This document shows positions 10,621-21,297 of a stretch of DNA of 64,000 bases, one piece after another. The first letter of the stretch is position 1, and every line of letters begins with the position of its first letter. The notes below the pieces were generated by a model that saw nothing but the letters and a program-made list of their open reading frames with translations, searched no databases and was not told the origin of the DNA. Made by a program: the position numbers and the translations under genes. Source of the stretch: an uncultured bacterium (GTDB lineage: Bacteria > Chloroflexota > UBA5177 > JANWHV01); assembly GCA_963827235.1 (NCBI GenBank), contig CAWHAE010000016.1, positions 928,001-992,000 of the forward strand. The letters run 5' to 3'.

Positions 10621-10935
10621 ACGCACAAGCTCCTTTCGCGCGGCGCCGCCGGCGCCTCCCAAGCGACGTACCAGCTCAGCTCCGCAGTGTGCGCTTGGTC
10701 AACGGCAGGCACCGGTGAGAGCAGACTGCCCAGCACTACGAGATCATATCATCGAGGAATCGTTCTACACATTACCCGTACGGAGTGGCCGATTGAGCAT
10801 CCCCAAAGTGGTTGGCGGAGTGGCCAACAAAAGCACTGTGGCCGCCATACCTGCCGACCTCGTGCCTATCCTGATGCGTGCTGCTCGATCGACTGGTAGC
10901 TTTGGCACCAATCCGTCTCCACGAGCAACGACCGG

Positions 10936-11526
10936 CTAGCGCGCGCGGATGCCGTCCAGAGCCATGCGGAAGACGCGCTCGCGCTGGTCTTCGCTCGGGT
11001 AGGCGACGGCGGTGATGCCGATCACAAGGCGCATTACGTCGTCGATGTCCATGTCGCAGCGGGCGGCACGGGCTAGCTGGGCGCGGCGCAGCAGCGGCTC
11101 ACCTGCCTCGGCCAGGGCGCCGCGACAGGCCTGGAACGCTTGTGATTCGCGATTGAGGCCCTCGATCAGCGCGCGCTTCGTCGCCATATACGTGACAAAC
11201 CGGCGCAGCCAGGCGACCAGCGCGTCCCAGGGCTCGGCGTGAGCCAGCTCGTCGGCGAATCGGCACACGGCATCGACTTCTGCGACGTAGACGCTTTCGA
11301 TCAGGTCTTCTCGCGCGGGAAAGTTCCGGTACAAGGTGGCAATGCCGACACCGGCGCGCCGGGCGATCTCTTCCAGCGACACGTCCACACCCAGCTCGGT
11401 GAAGGCATCGCGAGCGGCTACCAGCAGCAGATCGAAGTTGCGCGCGGCATCGGCGCGATGCGGCCGTCGCTGCGCCAGGAGGTCTGCCACGCCCACGCAC
11501 CGCTCCCTTCTCGACTTCATTTGCAT
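10936..11526 (-). CDS. TetR/AcrR family transcriptional regulator
   Basis: RADAARN...SLEEIARRAGVGIATLYRNFP HTH. Confidence 0.9.
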   Translation of the reverse strand: MQMKSRRERCVGVADLLAQRRPHRADAARNFDLLLVAARDAFTELGVDVSLEEIARRAGVGIATLYRNFPAREDLIESVYVAEVDAVCRFADELAHAEPWDALVAWLRRFVTYMATKRALIEGLNRESQAFQACRGALAEAGEPLLRRAQLARAARCDMDIDDVMRLVIGITAVAYPSEDQRERVFRMALDGIRAR

Positions 11527-11527
11527 A

Positions 11528-11590
11528 CGGAGGATTCCTCCGCTACGATGAATATGGAGGTATCCTCCAGTAATCTGGATGGCACCTCCA
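11528..11590. promoter_or_regulatory. Three 15-bp palindromic TetR operators (YGGAGG-N3-CCTCCR)
   Basis: CGGAGGATTCCTCCG 11528-11542, TGGAGGTATCCTCCA 11555-11569, TGGATGGCACCTCCA 11576-11590, between divergent tetR and SDR. Confidence 0.8.
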
Positions 11591-11753
11591 CTATACCGCA
11601 ACACACGCCGCAAGTATTCTCCGCACGAGCAGTTCATGGCCGCTACAGCGCTCTGCGATCAGTCCACTGCTCCAGCGGCTGAGGGAAAAAATGAGTCGCG
11701 CATCTTTGGGCCGTTTGGCAGATGTGCGAGCAGAGACGGAAAGGACGGCGGCA

Positions 11754-12545
11754 ATGACGGTGGCAGCAGCGAGGTGGGATGTTACGGGACGGCGCGTCCT
11801 GGTGACGGGCGCGTCGAATGGCCTGGGGCTGGCAATGGCCCGGGCGCTGGCGGGCGCCGGGGCACGGGTCGCTCTGACCGGCCGAGATATGGAGCGGGTG
11901 CGCGCAGCGCTGGCCACCGTGAGCGGGGACCGGCGTGATGCCCGTGCCCTTCTCATGGATGTGCGCGATCACGCGTCGATATCCCGGGCAGTGGCCGAGA
12001 TCGATGCGGCGTGGGGCGGCCTGGATGTCCTGGTCAATAATGCTGGAATCGGCATGCGCACGGTCAATCCCGCCTTCTTGAGCGAGCCCCAGCCCTTCTG
12101 GCAGGTCTCCGAGGAGGGGTTCAAGGCCGTCATCGACACGAACCTTACCGGCTACTTCCGCGTCGCCGCCGCGGTAGTCCCGCTCTTTCTGCGCGATGGC
12201 GGCGGGGCGATTGTGAACATCAGCATCAACCGCGAGACGATGCGGCGGCGCGGCTTCGTGCCGTATGGGCCCTCGCGCGCCGGGACCGAGTCGCTCTCGC
12301 TGATCATGGCGGAGGACCTTCGCTCACACGGGGTAGCAGTGAACCTGCTGCTCCCCGGAGGAGCCACGGCGACTGGCATGATGCCCGACGATGTGCCGCC
12401 GGATTGGCGTGACCGGCTGCTCTCCCCGGACGTGATGGCGGAGCCTATTCTCTATCTGTGCTCCACGGCGGCCGAGGGCGTCACCGGGGAACGCCTGGTG
12501 GCGTCCGAATTCGCCGATTGGCTGCGCGCGCGAGACCAGCGCTGA
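11754..12545 (+). CDS. SDR family oxidoreductase
   Basis: TGASNGLG, NNAG, YGPSR at the YxxxK position. Confidence 0.88.
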   Translation: MTVAAARWDVTGRRVLVTGASNGLGLAMARALAGAGARVALTGRDMERVRAALATVSGDRRDARALLMDVRDHASISRAVAEIDAAWGGLDVLVNNAGIGMRTVNPAFLSEPQPFWQVSEEGFKAVIDTNLTGYFRVAAAVVPLFLRDGGGAIVNISINRETMRRRGFVPYGPSRAGTESLSLIMAEDLRSHGVAVNLLLPGGATATGMMPDDVPPDWRDRLLSPDVMAEPILYLCSTAAEGVTGERLVASEFADWLRARDQR

Positions 12546-12637
12546 ACCCGCGCTGCCCCGGTACAGCCATCCGCGGATCTTCCTCATGGCTGACCTGTAG
12601 CGCGCACCATCGGCAGCACCGCAGCAAGGAGAAAACC

Positions 12638-13460
12638 ATGACCACGACATCGTTCTTCGACCGGTCCACTGCGCCCGGGAGCGACACAGCGCCGGCACGA
12701 ACGGCACGACTGCAGGGCACCGTCGCGCTGGTAACCGGAGCCTCGAGCGGAATCGGCGCCGCGACGGCCGTCGCCCTCGCGGCCCAGGGTGCCGCCGTGG
12801 CACTGGCGGCTCGGCGGAAGGATCGGCTGGACGCGCTCGCCGCCGGCATCCGCAAGCAGGGCGGGACCGTGCTGGTACTGGAGTCCGACATCACCGGCGA
12901 AAAACAGGCGAGGGAGGCGGTCGAGCAGGACGGTGGCCGAGCTGGGTCGTCTCGACACCCTGATCAACAATGCCGGCGTGATGCTCCTGGGCCCGGTGGA
13001 AGGCGCTCCGCTCTCGGAGTGGCAGCAAATGGTCGAGCTCAACGTGCTCGGCCTGCTCTACTGCGCGCATGCCGCGCTGCCGCACCTGATCCGCGCGGCC
13101 GAGGACAGTTCGCGCCGGGTGGCCGATCTGGTGAACATCAGCTCGGTAGCCGGGCGGGTGGCGCGTAATGGCAGCGGTGTTTACAACCTGACCAAGCACG
13201 GCGTCGGAGCCTTCAGCGAAGCGCTGCGCCAGGAAGTCACCGCTCGCCACGTGCGCGTTTCGCTGGTCGAGCCCGGCGCCACCGCCACCGAGCTGGCCGG
13301 CCACAATCGCCCCGAGGTGCTCGAAACGATGCATGCCAGATTCAGCGGTGTTGAGCGGATGCAGGCCGAGGACATCGCCGACGCCATCATCTACATCGTC
13401 ACCCGGCCGCGCCATGTCGCGATCAATGAGCTGTTGATCCGTCCCACCGAGCAGGAGTAG
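12638..13460 (+). pseudogene. SDR oxidoreductase (YdfG-like), frameshifted at ~12926
   Basis: TGASSGIG in one frame; NNAG, NISS, YNLTK, INELLIRPT in the next; one extra base in GAG C AGG ACG. Could be a sequencing error. Confidence 0.8.
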
Positions 13461-13647
13461 CCCGGCGCCTCGTCGCACGGCACCACGCGCCTACCCATCG
13501 CCGCCGCGCCGTCCGGCATATCCACGAGGACGGTGCCGCGACGGTCCCGCAGGAGCACTTGCTGCCTCAGCCACCCGAAAACGAGATGGCACATCGCAAG
13601 TGGGCGTCAGAATTGACGCCCGACCTGGCCGACGAAAGGACAGAATA

Positions 13648-14526
13648 ATGTCGACCACCGCACCGGGGGGAAGTCTGACCATTGCCGATGACCTCACCCT
13701 GAGCCGAATGGGCTACGGCGCCATGCAGCTTGCCGGACCCGGCGTGTTCGGCCCACCCAAAGATCGCGCGGAAGCGGTTGCCGTACTGCGCGAGGCGATA
13801 TCGAGCGGAGTCAACCACATCGACACCAGCGACTTCTACGGGCCGCATATCACCAACCAGATTATCCGCGAGGCGTTGCATCCTTACCCGCACGATCTCG
13901 TCATCGTGACGAAGGTTGGCGCCGCACGGGGAGAGGACGCCTCCTGGCGTCCGGCGATGACGCCCGCCGAGCTGACGAGCGCGGTGCACGACAACCTGCG
14001 CAACTTGAGCGTCGACGTGCTCGACGTCGTCAACCTGCGCATCATGGGTGACGGCCATGGTCCCACGGAGGGCTCCATCGAGGCACCGCTGACCGTGCTC
14101 GCCGAGCTCCAAAGGCAGGGCTTGATCAGGCACGTCGGCCTGAGCAACGTGACGGCGGCCCAGGTAGAGCAGGGGCGCGGCATGGCCGAGATCGTCTGCG
14201 TGCAGAACCTCTATAACCTGGCCCACCGCGACGACGATACGCTGATCGATCGTCTCGCAAGCGATGGCATTGCCTATGTGCCCTTCTTCCCGCTCGGCGG
14301 CTTCACGCCGTTCCAGTCCTCGACGCTGTCCGAGGTGGCGGCGCGGCGCGGCGCGACGCAGATGCAGGTGGCGCTCGCGTGGCTGCTGCGGCGCGCGCCC
14401 AACATCCTCCTCATCCCGGGCACTTCGTCGCTCAACCACCTGCGCGAAAACCTCGCAGCCGCGGCGCTTGAGTTGCCGGCGGATGCGATCGGCGAGCTCG
14501 ACACCATCGGCCGCCGAGCGGCATGA
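13648..14526 (+). CDS. Aldo/keto reductase (YdbC-like)
   Basis: GYGAMQL, IDTSDFYG, VTKVG, GLSNV, VQNLYN, LIPGTSS motifs. Confidence 0.9.
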   Translation: MSTTAPGGSLTIADDLTLSRMGYGAMQLAGPGVFGPPKDRAEAVAVLREAISSGVNHIDTSDFYGPHITNQIIREALHPYPHDLVIVTKVGAARGEDASWRPAMTPAELTSAVHDNLRNLSVDVLDVVNLRIMGDGHGPTEGSIEAPLTVLAELQRQGLIRHVGLSNVTAAQVEQGRGMAEIVCVQNLYNLAHRDDDTLIDRLASDGIAYVPFFPLGGFTPFQSSTLSEVAARRGATQMQVALAWLLRRAPNILLIPGTSSLNHLRENLAAAALELPADAIGELDTIGRRAA

Positions 14527-14756
14527 CGATCGGCGAGCGATGAAGGTCGAAGGAGCCGGCCCCGGCGCCGACGCGTTTGTTTGTTCAGCCCGAGCCGGTA
14601 GGGAGCATTGCCTCGCCGGGTGGATGTGCGCTATCAACCGGTGCGCCACAATGATGGGAGATAACCTAAGCCGAGCCACGTCGACGCGGTCCGCCGCCCA
14701 AGCCCGGACCGCGTCGTCGCGCCATGTCCGTAGTAAGAGGAAGGAGTGACTCGCAG

Positions 14757-15251
14757 GTGAGCGATAAGACGTATGTTGTCGACGCATACATCGAGATTCC
14801 GCTTGGCAGCCGGAACAAATATGAGTACGACCCGGGGCACAATTGTATTCGTCTGGACCGAGTGCTCTACGCATCGGTGGTCTACCCCACGCAATACGGC
14901 TTCATCCCGGATACCCTGGCACCGGATGGCGATCCGCTGGACATCATGGTGCTGGCAAGCCAGCCTGTCTTCCCCGGATGCCGCGTCCGGGCCCGCGTGC
15001 TTGGCGCGCTGCAGATGAACGACAGCGGCGAACAGGACCACAAGATCCTGGCCGTGACCGATTGTGATCCACGTCTGCAGAGTATCAGGCGCCTGGAAGA
15101 CGTCGCGCCGGAGGTGCGTAATGAGATCGAGAACTTCTTCCGCACCTACAAGGATCTCGAGGGTCACGTCGTCGACATTGTGGGCTGGGAGGGACAAGAA
15201 GCCGCGGAGGAAGCCATCGAACAGTGCCGCACATCGACGGCATCCTCGTGA
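14757..15251 (+). CDS. ppa: Family I inorganic pyrophosphatase
   Basis: EIP..S.NKYEYD, LDR, YGFIP.TLAPDGDPLD, DHKI, FFRTYKDLE. Confidence 0.93.
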   Translation: MSDKTYVVDAYIEIPLGSRNKYEYDPGHNCIRLDRVLYASVVYPTQYGFIPDTLAPDGDPLDIMVLASQPVFPGCRVRARVLGALQMNDSGEQDHKILAVTDCDPRLQSIRRLEDVAPEVRNEIENFFRTYKDLEGHVVDIVGWEGQEAAEEAIEQCRTSTASS

Positions 15252-15392
15252 GTGCCGACATGGTCTGAGGCCCACGCTGCGCGCGGTGATCTACTCGGGC
15301 GCTGCCATAGCTTGAGGGATCCTGTAGAGCGACGATGCCTCCGGATTCGAGAATCCGTTGTAGATGATGCGAAATCCGGCTACTATTGGGCC

Positions 15393-18300
15393 ATGATCGA
15401 TGCAGGCGATAAAGCCGATGCTGGCGTGAGCTATCGACAGCAGCGGCGCCGCTGTAACAGGAGTGGTTGTGCATCCTGCCGCGATGGCGGCCCCGGGCAT
15501 GGGCCGTACTGGTACGCCTACTGGCGGGAGAACGGACATCTGCGGTCCCGTTATGTAGGCAAGTCGTTGCCGGCAAGACTCGAGCCTCCCGCGCCGCCGG
15601 TACTGAGCGTGGATGGCGCTGCAACCGAGAGGGCGGCGGCCAAACACGGCGATCGGGTCGACGGAGCGTGTGCGCCCACGCTCGGGCATGTCGATGGACG
15701 CCGTGCGCTCGCTCCCAGTGGAATGACGCTAGCTCCGATCGGCGACGAGGGCGCACCGGCGCACCCACACCGGACGGTCGCGCCCGGCCGTCCGACGGAA
15801 GACGCCTCGGCGCAGGGCGCCTGCGCTCCGCCGCTGCGCGTGCGCACACTGGGCGCTTTCGAGGTCTGGCGCGGGGACGGGGTCATCTCTGCCGATGCGT
15901 GGAAGCATCGCAAGGCGCTGGCGCTCTTCACGTACTTGATCGGGGCGCCCGGGCACCGCGCACACCGCGAACGCCTCGTCGACGTGTTGTGGCCGGAAGC
16001 AGGCGGCGAGCGGGGCGCGGCGAACTTGCGTCTGACCGTGCACCGGCTGCGCAAGCTGCTCGCGGATCGTGCTGGAAGAGAGGGCTACATTCGATTGGAA
16101 GGCGACTTCTTGTCGCTCTCACCGGTGTGGTCGGGCGAGGCGCCGCCAGGCTGGCTGGACGTGACTGCGTTTGAGCACGCCGCCGCGAACGCGCTGGCCG
16201 GGCGCGATCCCGGCCTCTGTCGTGCCGCTCTGGCCAGGTATCAGGGCGAGTACCTGCCGGGTGAGCTCTACGACGAGTGGACGGCGCAACGGCGGGAGGT
16301 GCTACGCCTGCGCTACCTGGCCGTACTCCTGCACCTGGCAGAGCTGGCGGGCGCGCGCGGCGAGGCGGGCGAGGCGGAGTCGGCACTGCGCACCATGCTA
16401 GCCTGCGATCCGTGCAGCGAGGATGCAGCCTGCCGGCTGATGGGCTTACTGGGGGCGGCTGGGCAGCGGTCGGAGGCGCTGCGGGTGTACGACGGTCTGG
16501 CCATTGCGCTTCGCCGGGAGCTTGGAGTTTCGCCATCGACTGATGTGCTGACTCTGCGCCGGCAGCTACTGGAGCAGGCCGCGGCCAGCAGTGCGAGGCT
16601 GCTGCCGCAGCGGGTCGTGGCGCCCCGCCGTACCAATCTACCGGTGGCCCTGAGCAGCTTTGTGGGACGAGAGCGCGAGGTGGAGGAGGTACGGCGGCGC
16701 ATGCAGGGAGCAAGGCTGCTAACGCTGACCGGCACCGGCGGCTGCGGGAAGACGAGGCTAGCCCTGCAAGTAGGGGAGCGTCTGCTGTCTGACGTGCCCG
16801 ACGGCGTATGGCTGGTCGAGCTGGCGGCGATCGGCGGAGGCAGCGAGAATGAGGCGGCGGTCATCCGGTCGATTGCTGCTACGTTCGGCTGCCGTGAGGA
16901 GACGGACCGACCGCTTACGGAGACGGTTAGCGCCTACCTGGCAGACCGCTCGCTGGTGCTGGTGCTGGACAACTGCGAGCACCTGCGTGACGCCTGCGCG
17001 GTGGTAGTCGCGCGACTGCTGGCGGCGAGCCAGTCGCTTACGGTGCTGGCTACGAGTCGCGAGCGCCTGCACGTGCCTGGCGAGCGCCTGTATCCGGTGC
17101 GACCGCTGTCGGTGCCACCACTCGACGTGACGATTGACGCGTTGCCGCGTTACGAGGCAGGCGCGCTCTTTCTCTCACGCGCGGGCGACGTGTCGGAGGA
17201 AGAGCTTGCGGCGCCGCATAATGCGCGGGCGATCGCGCAGATCTGCGTTCGGCTGGCCGGGCTGCCCCTGGCGCTGGAGCTTGCGGCAGCGCGCGCGGCC
17301 GCATTGCCTGTGCGGGCTATCGCTGCTCGGCTGGACGACTGCTTCAACCTGCTCGTGGGCGGTCCGCGAACCGGCCTTCCCCGCCAGCGGACGCTGCGAG
17401 CCTCGCTGGAGTGGAGTTACAGCCTGATGAGCCAGGCAGAGCGTATGCTGCTGCCTCGGCTATCGGTGTTCGCAGGCGGCTGGACGCTGGGTTCGGCGGA
17501 GGCGGTGTGCGCCTGCGACGGCTCGACGCTGGATCTCCTGCAAGGGCTGGTGAGCCACTCGCTCGTGCAGGCGGAAATCGGCGAAGAAGATGCTCGCTAC
17601 AGGCTCCTGGAGCCCGTGCGCCAATACGGCTGGGAGCAGTTGCGCGGAAGTGGAGAGGAAGCGGCGACGCGCGACCGGCACCTCGCCTGGTGCATCGCGC
17701 TGGCCGAGCAGGCCGCGCCGGCGCTGATGGGCCCGCGACAGCTGGCATGGATCGACCGGCTGGAAGCCGATCACGACAACCTGCGAGCCGCACTGACCTG
17801 GGCACGAGAACGGGGAGAAATGGAGGCGGGGCTGCGGCTGGCACGGGCGCTCGGACGATTCTGGTGGATCACCGGCTACTATGGCGAAGGGAGAAGCTGG
17901 CTGGAATGGGCTCTAGCCGGTACTGGGAAGGTCCAGCCGGCCACGCGTGTCGAAGCGCTGGACTGGGCCTGCAATCTGGCGGAGTCCCAGGGCGAGTACC
18001 GGTTGGCAGCGGAGTTGGCCGAGGAATGCCTGGACCTGGCCCGCGCGTTAGGGAACACTGCCGGCATCGTCCGCGCCCTGAACAACCTGGGTTTCTTGGC
18101 CATGGACCGCGGCGAGTATGTTCAGGCAGCGGTGCTGTTGCAGGAGAGCCTGAGCCTGGCCCAGACTGTGGCGGACCAGCAGCTCACCGCCACACTGGCC
18201 GTCCATCTCGGGCTCCTGGCGCGGCTGCAGGGTGACCACGAACGAGCGGCAGCCTTTCTCGAGGACGGTCTGGCCGCCTATCGTACACTGGGCGATATCC

Positions 18301-18806
18301 GAGATATCGGCGTCTCGCTGCTGCTTCTGGGGCGATTGCACGACGAGCGGGGCGACTACGCGCGAGCCGAGGCGTCGCTCGAGGAGAGCCTGGCGCTGGC
18401 CCGCGAGCTGCGTTCAAAGTTGACTGTCGCCGATGCGCTCTGCAACCTGGGCTCGGTGGCGTACCACCGGGGCGACTTCACCAGGGCGGCCGGCCTGCTG
18501 GTGGACAGCCTGAAACTCAGCCGGGAGGTAGGGTCCAGGAACCAGATGGCCGACGAGCTGGAAGCCTTGGCCTGGGTAGCGGCGGCGCGCGGGGAGCCGC
18601 GCCGAGCCGCGCTGGTTGGCGGGGCAGCCGAAGCGCTGCGCGGGGTGCTCGGAATGCCCCAGGCGTCGCACATGCCGGCGGACCACGATCGCGCTGTGCA
18701 GGCCGTGCGCGGAGCGCTGGGCGACGAGGCGTTCGCTGCCAGCTGGGCCGAGGGGCGTGCTCTGTCGGCCGATCGCAGCGTCGCGCTGGCGCTGCAGACC
18801 TGTTAG
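15393..18806 (+). CDS. AfsR/SARP-like STAND regulator: DUF6788 + wHTH/BTAD + NB-ARC-like ATPase + TPR
   Basis: CNRSGCASC..GHGPYWY N-terminus; LRVRTLGAF; BTAD (YQGEYLP, DPCSE); GTGGCGKT, LVLDNCE, GLPLA; TPR repeats. Start uncertain. Confidence 0.88.
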   Translation: MIDAGDKADAGVSYRQQRRRCNRSGCASCRDGGPGHGPYWYAYWRENGHLRSRYVGKSLPARLEPPAPPVLSVDGAATERAAAKHGDRVDGACAPTLGHVDGRRALAPSGMTLAPIGDEGAPAHPHRTVAPGRPTEDASAQGACAPPLRVRTLGAFEVWRGDGVISADAWKHRKALALFTYLIGAPGHRAHRERLVDVLWPEAGGERGAANLRLTVHRLRKLLADRAGREGYIRLEGDFLSLSPVWSGEAPPGWLDVTAFEHAAANALAGRDPGLCRAALARYQGEYLPGELYDEWTAQRREVLRLRYLAVLLHLAELAGARGEAGEAESALRTMLACDPCSEDAACRLMGLLGAAGQRSEALRVYDGLAIALRRELGVSPSTDVLTLRRQLLEQAAASSARLLPQRVVAPRRTNLPVALSSFVGREREVEEVRRRMQGARLLTLTGTGGCGKTRLALQVGERLLSDVPDGVWLVELAAIGGGSENEAAVIRSIAATFGCREETDRPLTETVSAYLADRSLVLVLDNCEHLRDACAVVVARLLAASQSLTVLATSRERLHVPGERLYPVRPLSVPPLDVTIDALPRYEAGALFLSRAGDVSEEELAAPHNARAIAQICVRLAGLPLALELAAARAAALPVRAIAARLDDCFNLLVGGPRTGLPRQRTLRASLEWSYSLMSQAERMLLPRLSVFAGGWTLGSAEAVCACDGSTLDLLQGLVSHSLVQAEIGEEDARYRLLEPVRQYGWEQLRGSGEEAATRDRHLAWCIALAEQAAPALMGPRQLAWIDRLEADHDNLRAALTWARERGEMEAGLRLARALGRFWWITGYYGEGRSWLEWALAGTGKVQPATRVEALDWACNLAESQGEYRLAAELAEECLDLARALGNTAGIVRALNNLGFLAMDRGEYVQAAVLLQESLSLAQTVADQQLTATLAVHLGLLARLQGDHERAAAFLEDGLAAYRTLGDIRDIGVSLLLLGRLHDERGDYARAEASLEESLALARELRSKLTVADALCNLGSVAYHRGDFTRAAGLLVDSLKLSREVGSRNQMADELEALAWVAAARGEPRRAALVGGAAEALRGVLGMPQASHMPADHDRAVQAVRGALGDEAFAASWAEGRALSADRSVALALQTC

Positions 18807-19030
18807 GAGGGCCCTTCGGCGCCGTTGCGTGGTTCCGGCTGAGCCGCGTCGTGTCGGTCAAGGTGCAGCCCGTCGGCCTCGGCGAGCCGGCGCAGCTGCG
18901 CCAGCAGCTGCTCGAGAGTGTGGAAACGCCAGTGCGCCGCGGCCTGGATCTGTTCCAGGCTGCCCGCCCACTCGGAGCCGTTCGCGTCCTGTCGCTGCCA
19001 CACTCTGAGGATGTATGACTTATAGCGCAT
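18803..19030 (-). CDS. Small conserved-looking hypothetical protein
   Basis: SYILRVW...WAGSLE...RFHTLEQL pattern that I recall from small Chloroflexota proteins; stop overlaps the regulator's stop. Confidence 0.65.
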   Translation of the reverse strand: MRYKSYILRVWQRQDANGSEWAGSLEQIQAAAHWRFHTLEQLLAQLRRLAEADGLHLDRHDAAQPEPRNGAEGPS

Positions 19031-19383
19031 CGCGCCTGTCCTACCCCTTCATCGTCGTTTGTTCTGCCGAGGCACGGCGCCTGCCGGCTCCGCCGAGCAA
19101 TGCACCAGGTGTGCCGCCCGCCATGGAGGACGAGCGACTATTGTCCCATTCTCCATATCCCGCTTCACTGCAGCTTGGCCTGGGTCCGCGACCGGCCGGT
19201 TGCTCACCGGGCCCCAGCTGCCGATGGTCAGTGCACGGGTGCGTGCACACCTGGACATACGGTAGACCGCGCCCGTTTCTGGAGCGTTTCTCGGATTGGA
19301 GCCTGCTGCTCACCAGTCAGGGCAGGCCGGGGACAGACAAGGCTGCGTGAAGGCCCTCGAAACGGTAAGCCTGCCCACTTGTT

Positions 19384-20538
19384 CTAGTGTGCGGCAGCGC
19401 TTGCCGTGAACCCACTCTTCACACCGTCACCGACAATCTGGTATCCCCCGGGAAGGCCGTACCCTTTCGGAATCTTGGGCAGCAAGCTGCCTGCCTGGTC
19501 GGCATGGCCGACACCGGCATCGGCAAGCGCCGTCGTTTTGCGGTCGGTTCCGTACCTGTACTGCAGAAATACGTACTCGCCGGCTGCGTAGCCGGCATCC
19601 CTAACCCGCACAGTGCCATCCGGCGACGTGGCGACGCTTGCGAGCGTTGTCTTCGGCACGCTCAGGGCGCCGGCCGCGACATGGCCACTCTTGGAGCCAA
19701 CCGCCTGGACCACCAGCGACGCGCCCGCATTCTTCGGTCGTCTGAACGTGCTCGCGGTGACGGTGTAGCACGCTATATCCGGAACAACAAACGTGCCTTG
19801 AATCCAGCCATGCGTGTCGGGCGTGACGTGAGCGAAGACCACGTTCTGGCTGCCGCAAGGACCGGGCACACCGGCAAAGCGAAGATCCACCGACTCGCCG
19901 GGCTGAGTGACGTTGCCGAGGTAGGTGTGCACGATGTTCTGCGCGGTATAGCCTTTGGCAAAGAAGGTGACCGTCTGATCCACGGCAGCCGCCGACGGCA
20001 CGAGCAGCAGGCCAAGTCCTAGAGTACCGGGAATGGTCAGGCGAGCTCGAGGAGTGAGCCAGGCGTGCGAAAACGGCGTCCGCGTGGCCGTGGGCGTTCT
20101 GCTCGGCGTCGCAGCCGCCGGTAAGGCGGTCTTGGTGGCCGTCGCACGGGTCGGGCTCGCGGTCATCGTGGGCACCTGGTGAAACACCAGTCGTGCTACC
20201 GTCGGCGTGGCAGTATAGGTGGGTATGACCGTGATGGCGAGCGTGGCCGTCGCCGTGCGCAACGCGGTGGTCGTCGCAGTCGCCGTTGGCCGGATTACTC
20301 GCTGAGCCGGTGTGGGCGTGTCGGTGTACAGGGGAAAGATTATTCGGCGCCACGGCGTCGACGTCGCGGTGAAAGGAGGCAGCAGAATTGCCGGCCTCGG
20401 GGCCTGCGGAGCCGCCGAGACCGGCGACTCCATGCCTGCACCGGCAACGCCTCTGAGCGGCGTGACCGCCAGGATCAGCGCGCACTGGAGGCCGCATACC
20501 ACAGGCCGCTTCGGGGTTGCACGGTTGTCCCGTTCCAC
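19384..20538 (-). CDS. Secreted Thr/Pro-rich protein with C-terminal beta-rich domains
   Basis: GGAG RBS, signal-like segment, TATPT linker, two similar (A/K)GY.A..S.(G/K)..A.. modules. Confidence 0.7.
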   Translation of the reverse strand: MERDNRATPKRPVVCGLQCALILAVTPLRGVAGAGMESPVSAAPQAPRPAILLPPFTATSTPWRRIIFPLYTDTPTPAQRVIRPTATATTTALRTATATLAITVIPTYTATPTVARLVFHQVPTMTASPTRATATKTALPAAATPSRTPTATRTPFSHAWLTPRARLTIPGTLGLGLLLVPSAAAVDQTVTFFAKGYTAQNIVHTYLGNVTQPGESVDLRFAGVPGPCGSQNVVFAHVTPDTHGWIQGTFVVPDIACYTVTASTFRRPKNAGASLVVQAVGSKSGHVAAGALSVPKTTLASVATSPDGTVRVRDAGYAAGEYVFLQYRYGTDRKTTALADAGVGHADQAGSLLPKIPKGYGLPGGYQIVGDGVKSGFTASAAAH

Positions 20539-20564
20539 GGTACTCTCACGCTCCTTTCGAAACG

Positions 20565-21033
20565 CTTAGCTCGGCGTCCAGACCTCGATCGCCGCCGCGT
20601 AGACGAGGCGCCGATTGGAGCCGGACTGTGTCGCACCGGAATAGCTCACCGCCGCGTGATTGTCGTAGAGAAACGTCTCGTACTCGCGTATGGCCACGCG
20701 ATACGAGGGTTTGCTGCTTCCAAGCAGCCTCCTGCCGCTCAACAGTCTGGAGCTGCGAGCTCACCGGTGCGCCGTTATCCTCGGTCAGGGCGTGTTGCCA
20801 CAGATCGCTCTTCGATTCCTTGAATTCCAGCGTGGCCGTGATGAGGGGATCGCCATACTCGTACCGCACGCGTGTACGGTTGGTTTCGGTGCGGCCGTTA
20901 GCCGGCGGCAAGGACCGTTGAGCTGTGCGGTTGGTATGATTCTCCTGCCAGGCGCGACGACGATGCGCTGGCCGGGCAGCAGGACCAGGATAGCGTCCTC
21001 ACCGTACTTGGCAACCATGTACGCTTCTATCAA
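20565..21033 (-). pseudogene. Possible degraded gene of unknown family
   Basis: Three short successive frames with coding-like codon usage (MVAKYGEDAILVLLPG; RVRYEYGDPLITATLEF; IREYETFLYDNH...EVWTPS*). Confidence 0.3.
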
Positions 21034-21297
21034 AACCCATCAGCAGGCATAAGTTCGCACAGGCGGCACTGGAATCGGCTGCATGACTGTGACAATCCTG
21101 GGAAGCTGAGACCAAGCACCGGAATCAGCCATGTTTGTGGCCGTGCCTTGTTGGACACTGCCGCACGTCGAGGTGATTCACCTTGCCTTTGGGTTCTTCG
21201 GCTTCAAGACAAACACAGGATGCACGCCACGCCCATTCCGTGCTCTTGCCCAGCAGTGTGCACCGCGCTCGATCGACTAGCGTTTTGGATGGTTCGC

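Noticed and set aside
14527-14757. Fluoride riboswitch upstream of ppa
   Set aside because: GCGATGA is present but the closing stem and the 3' CTGATG...CTAC element are absent.
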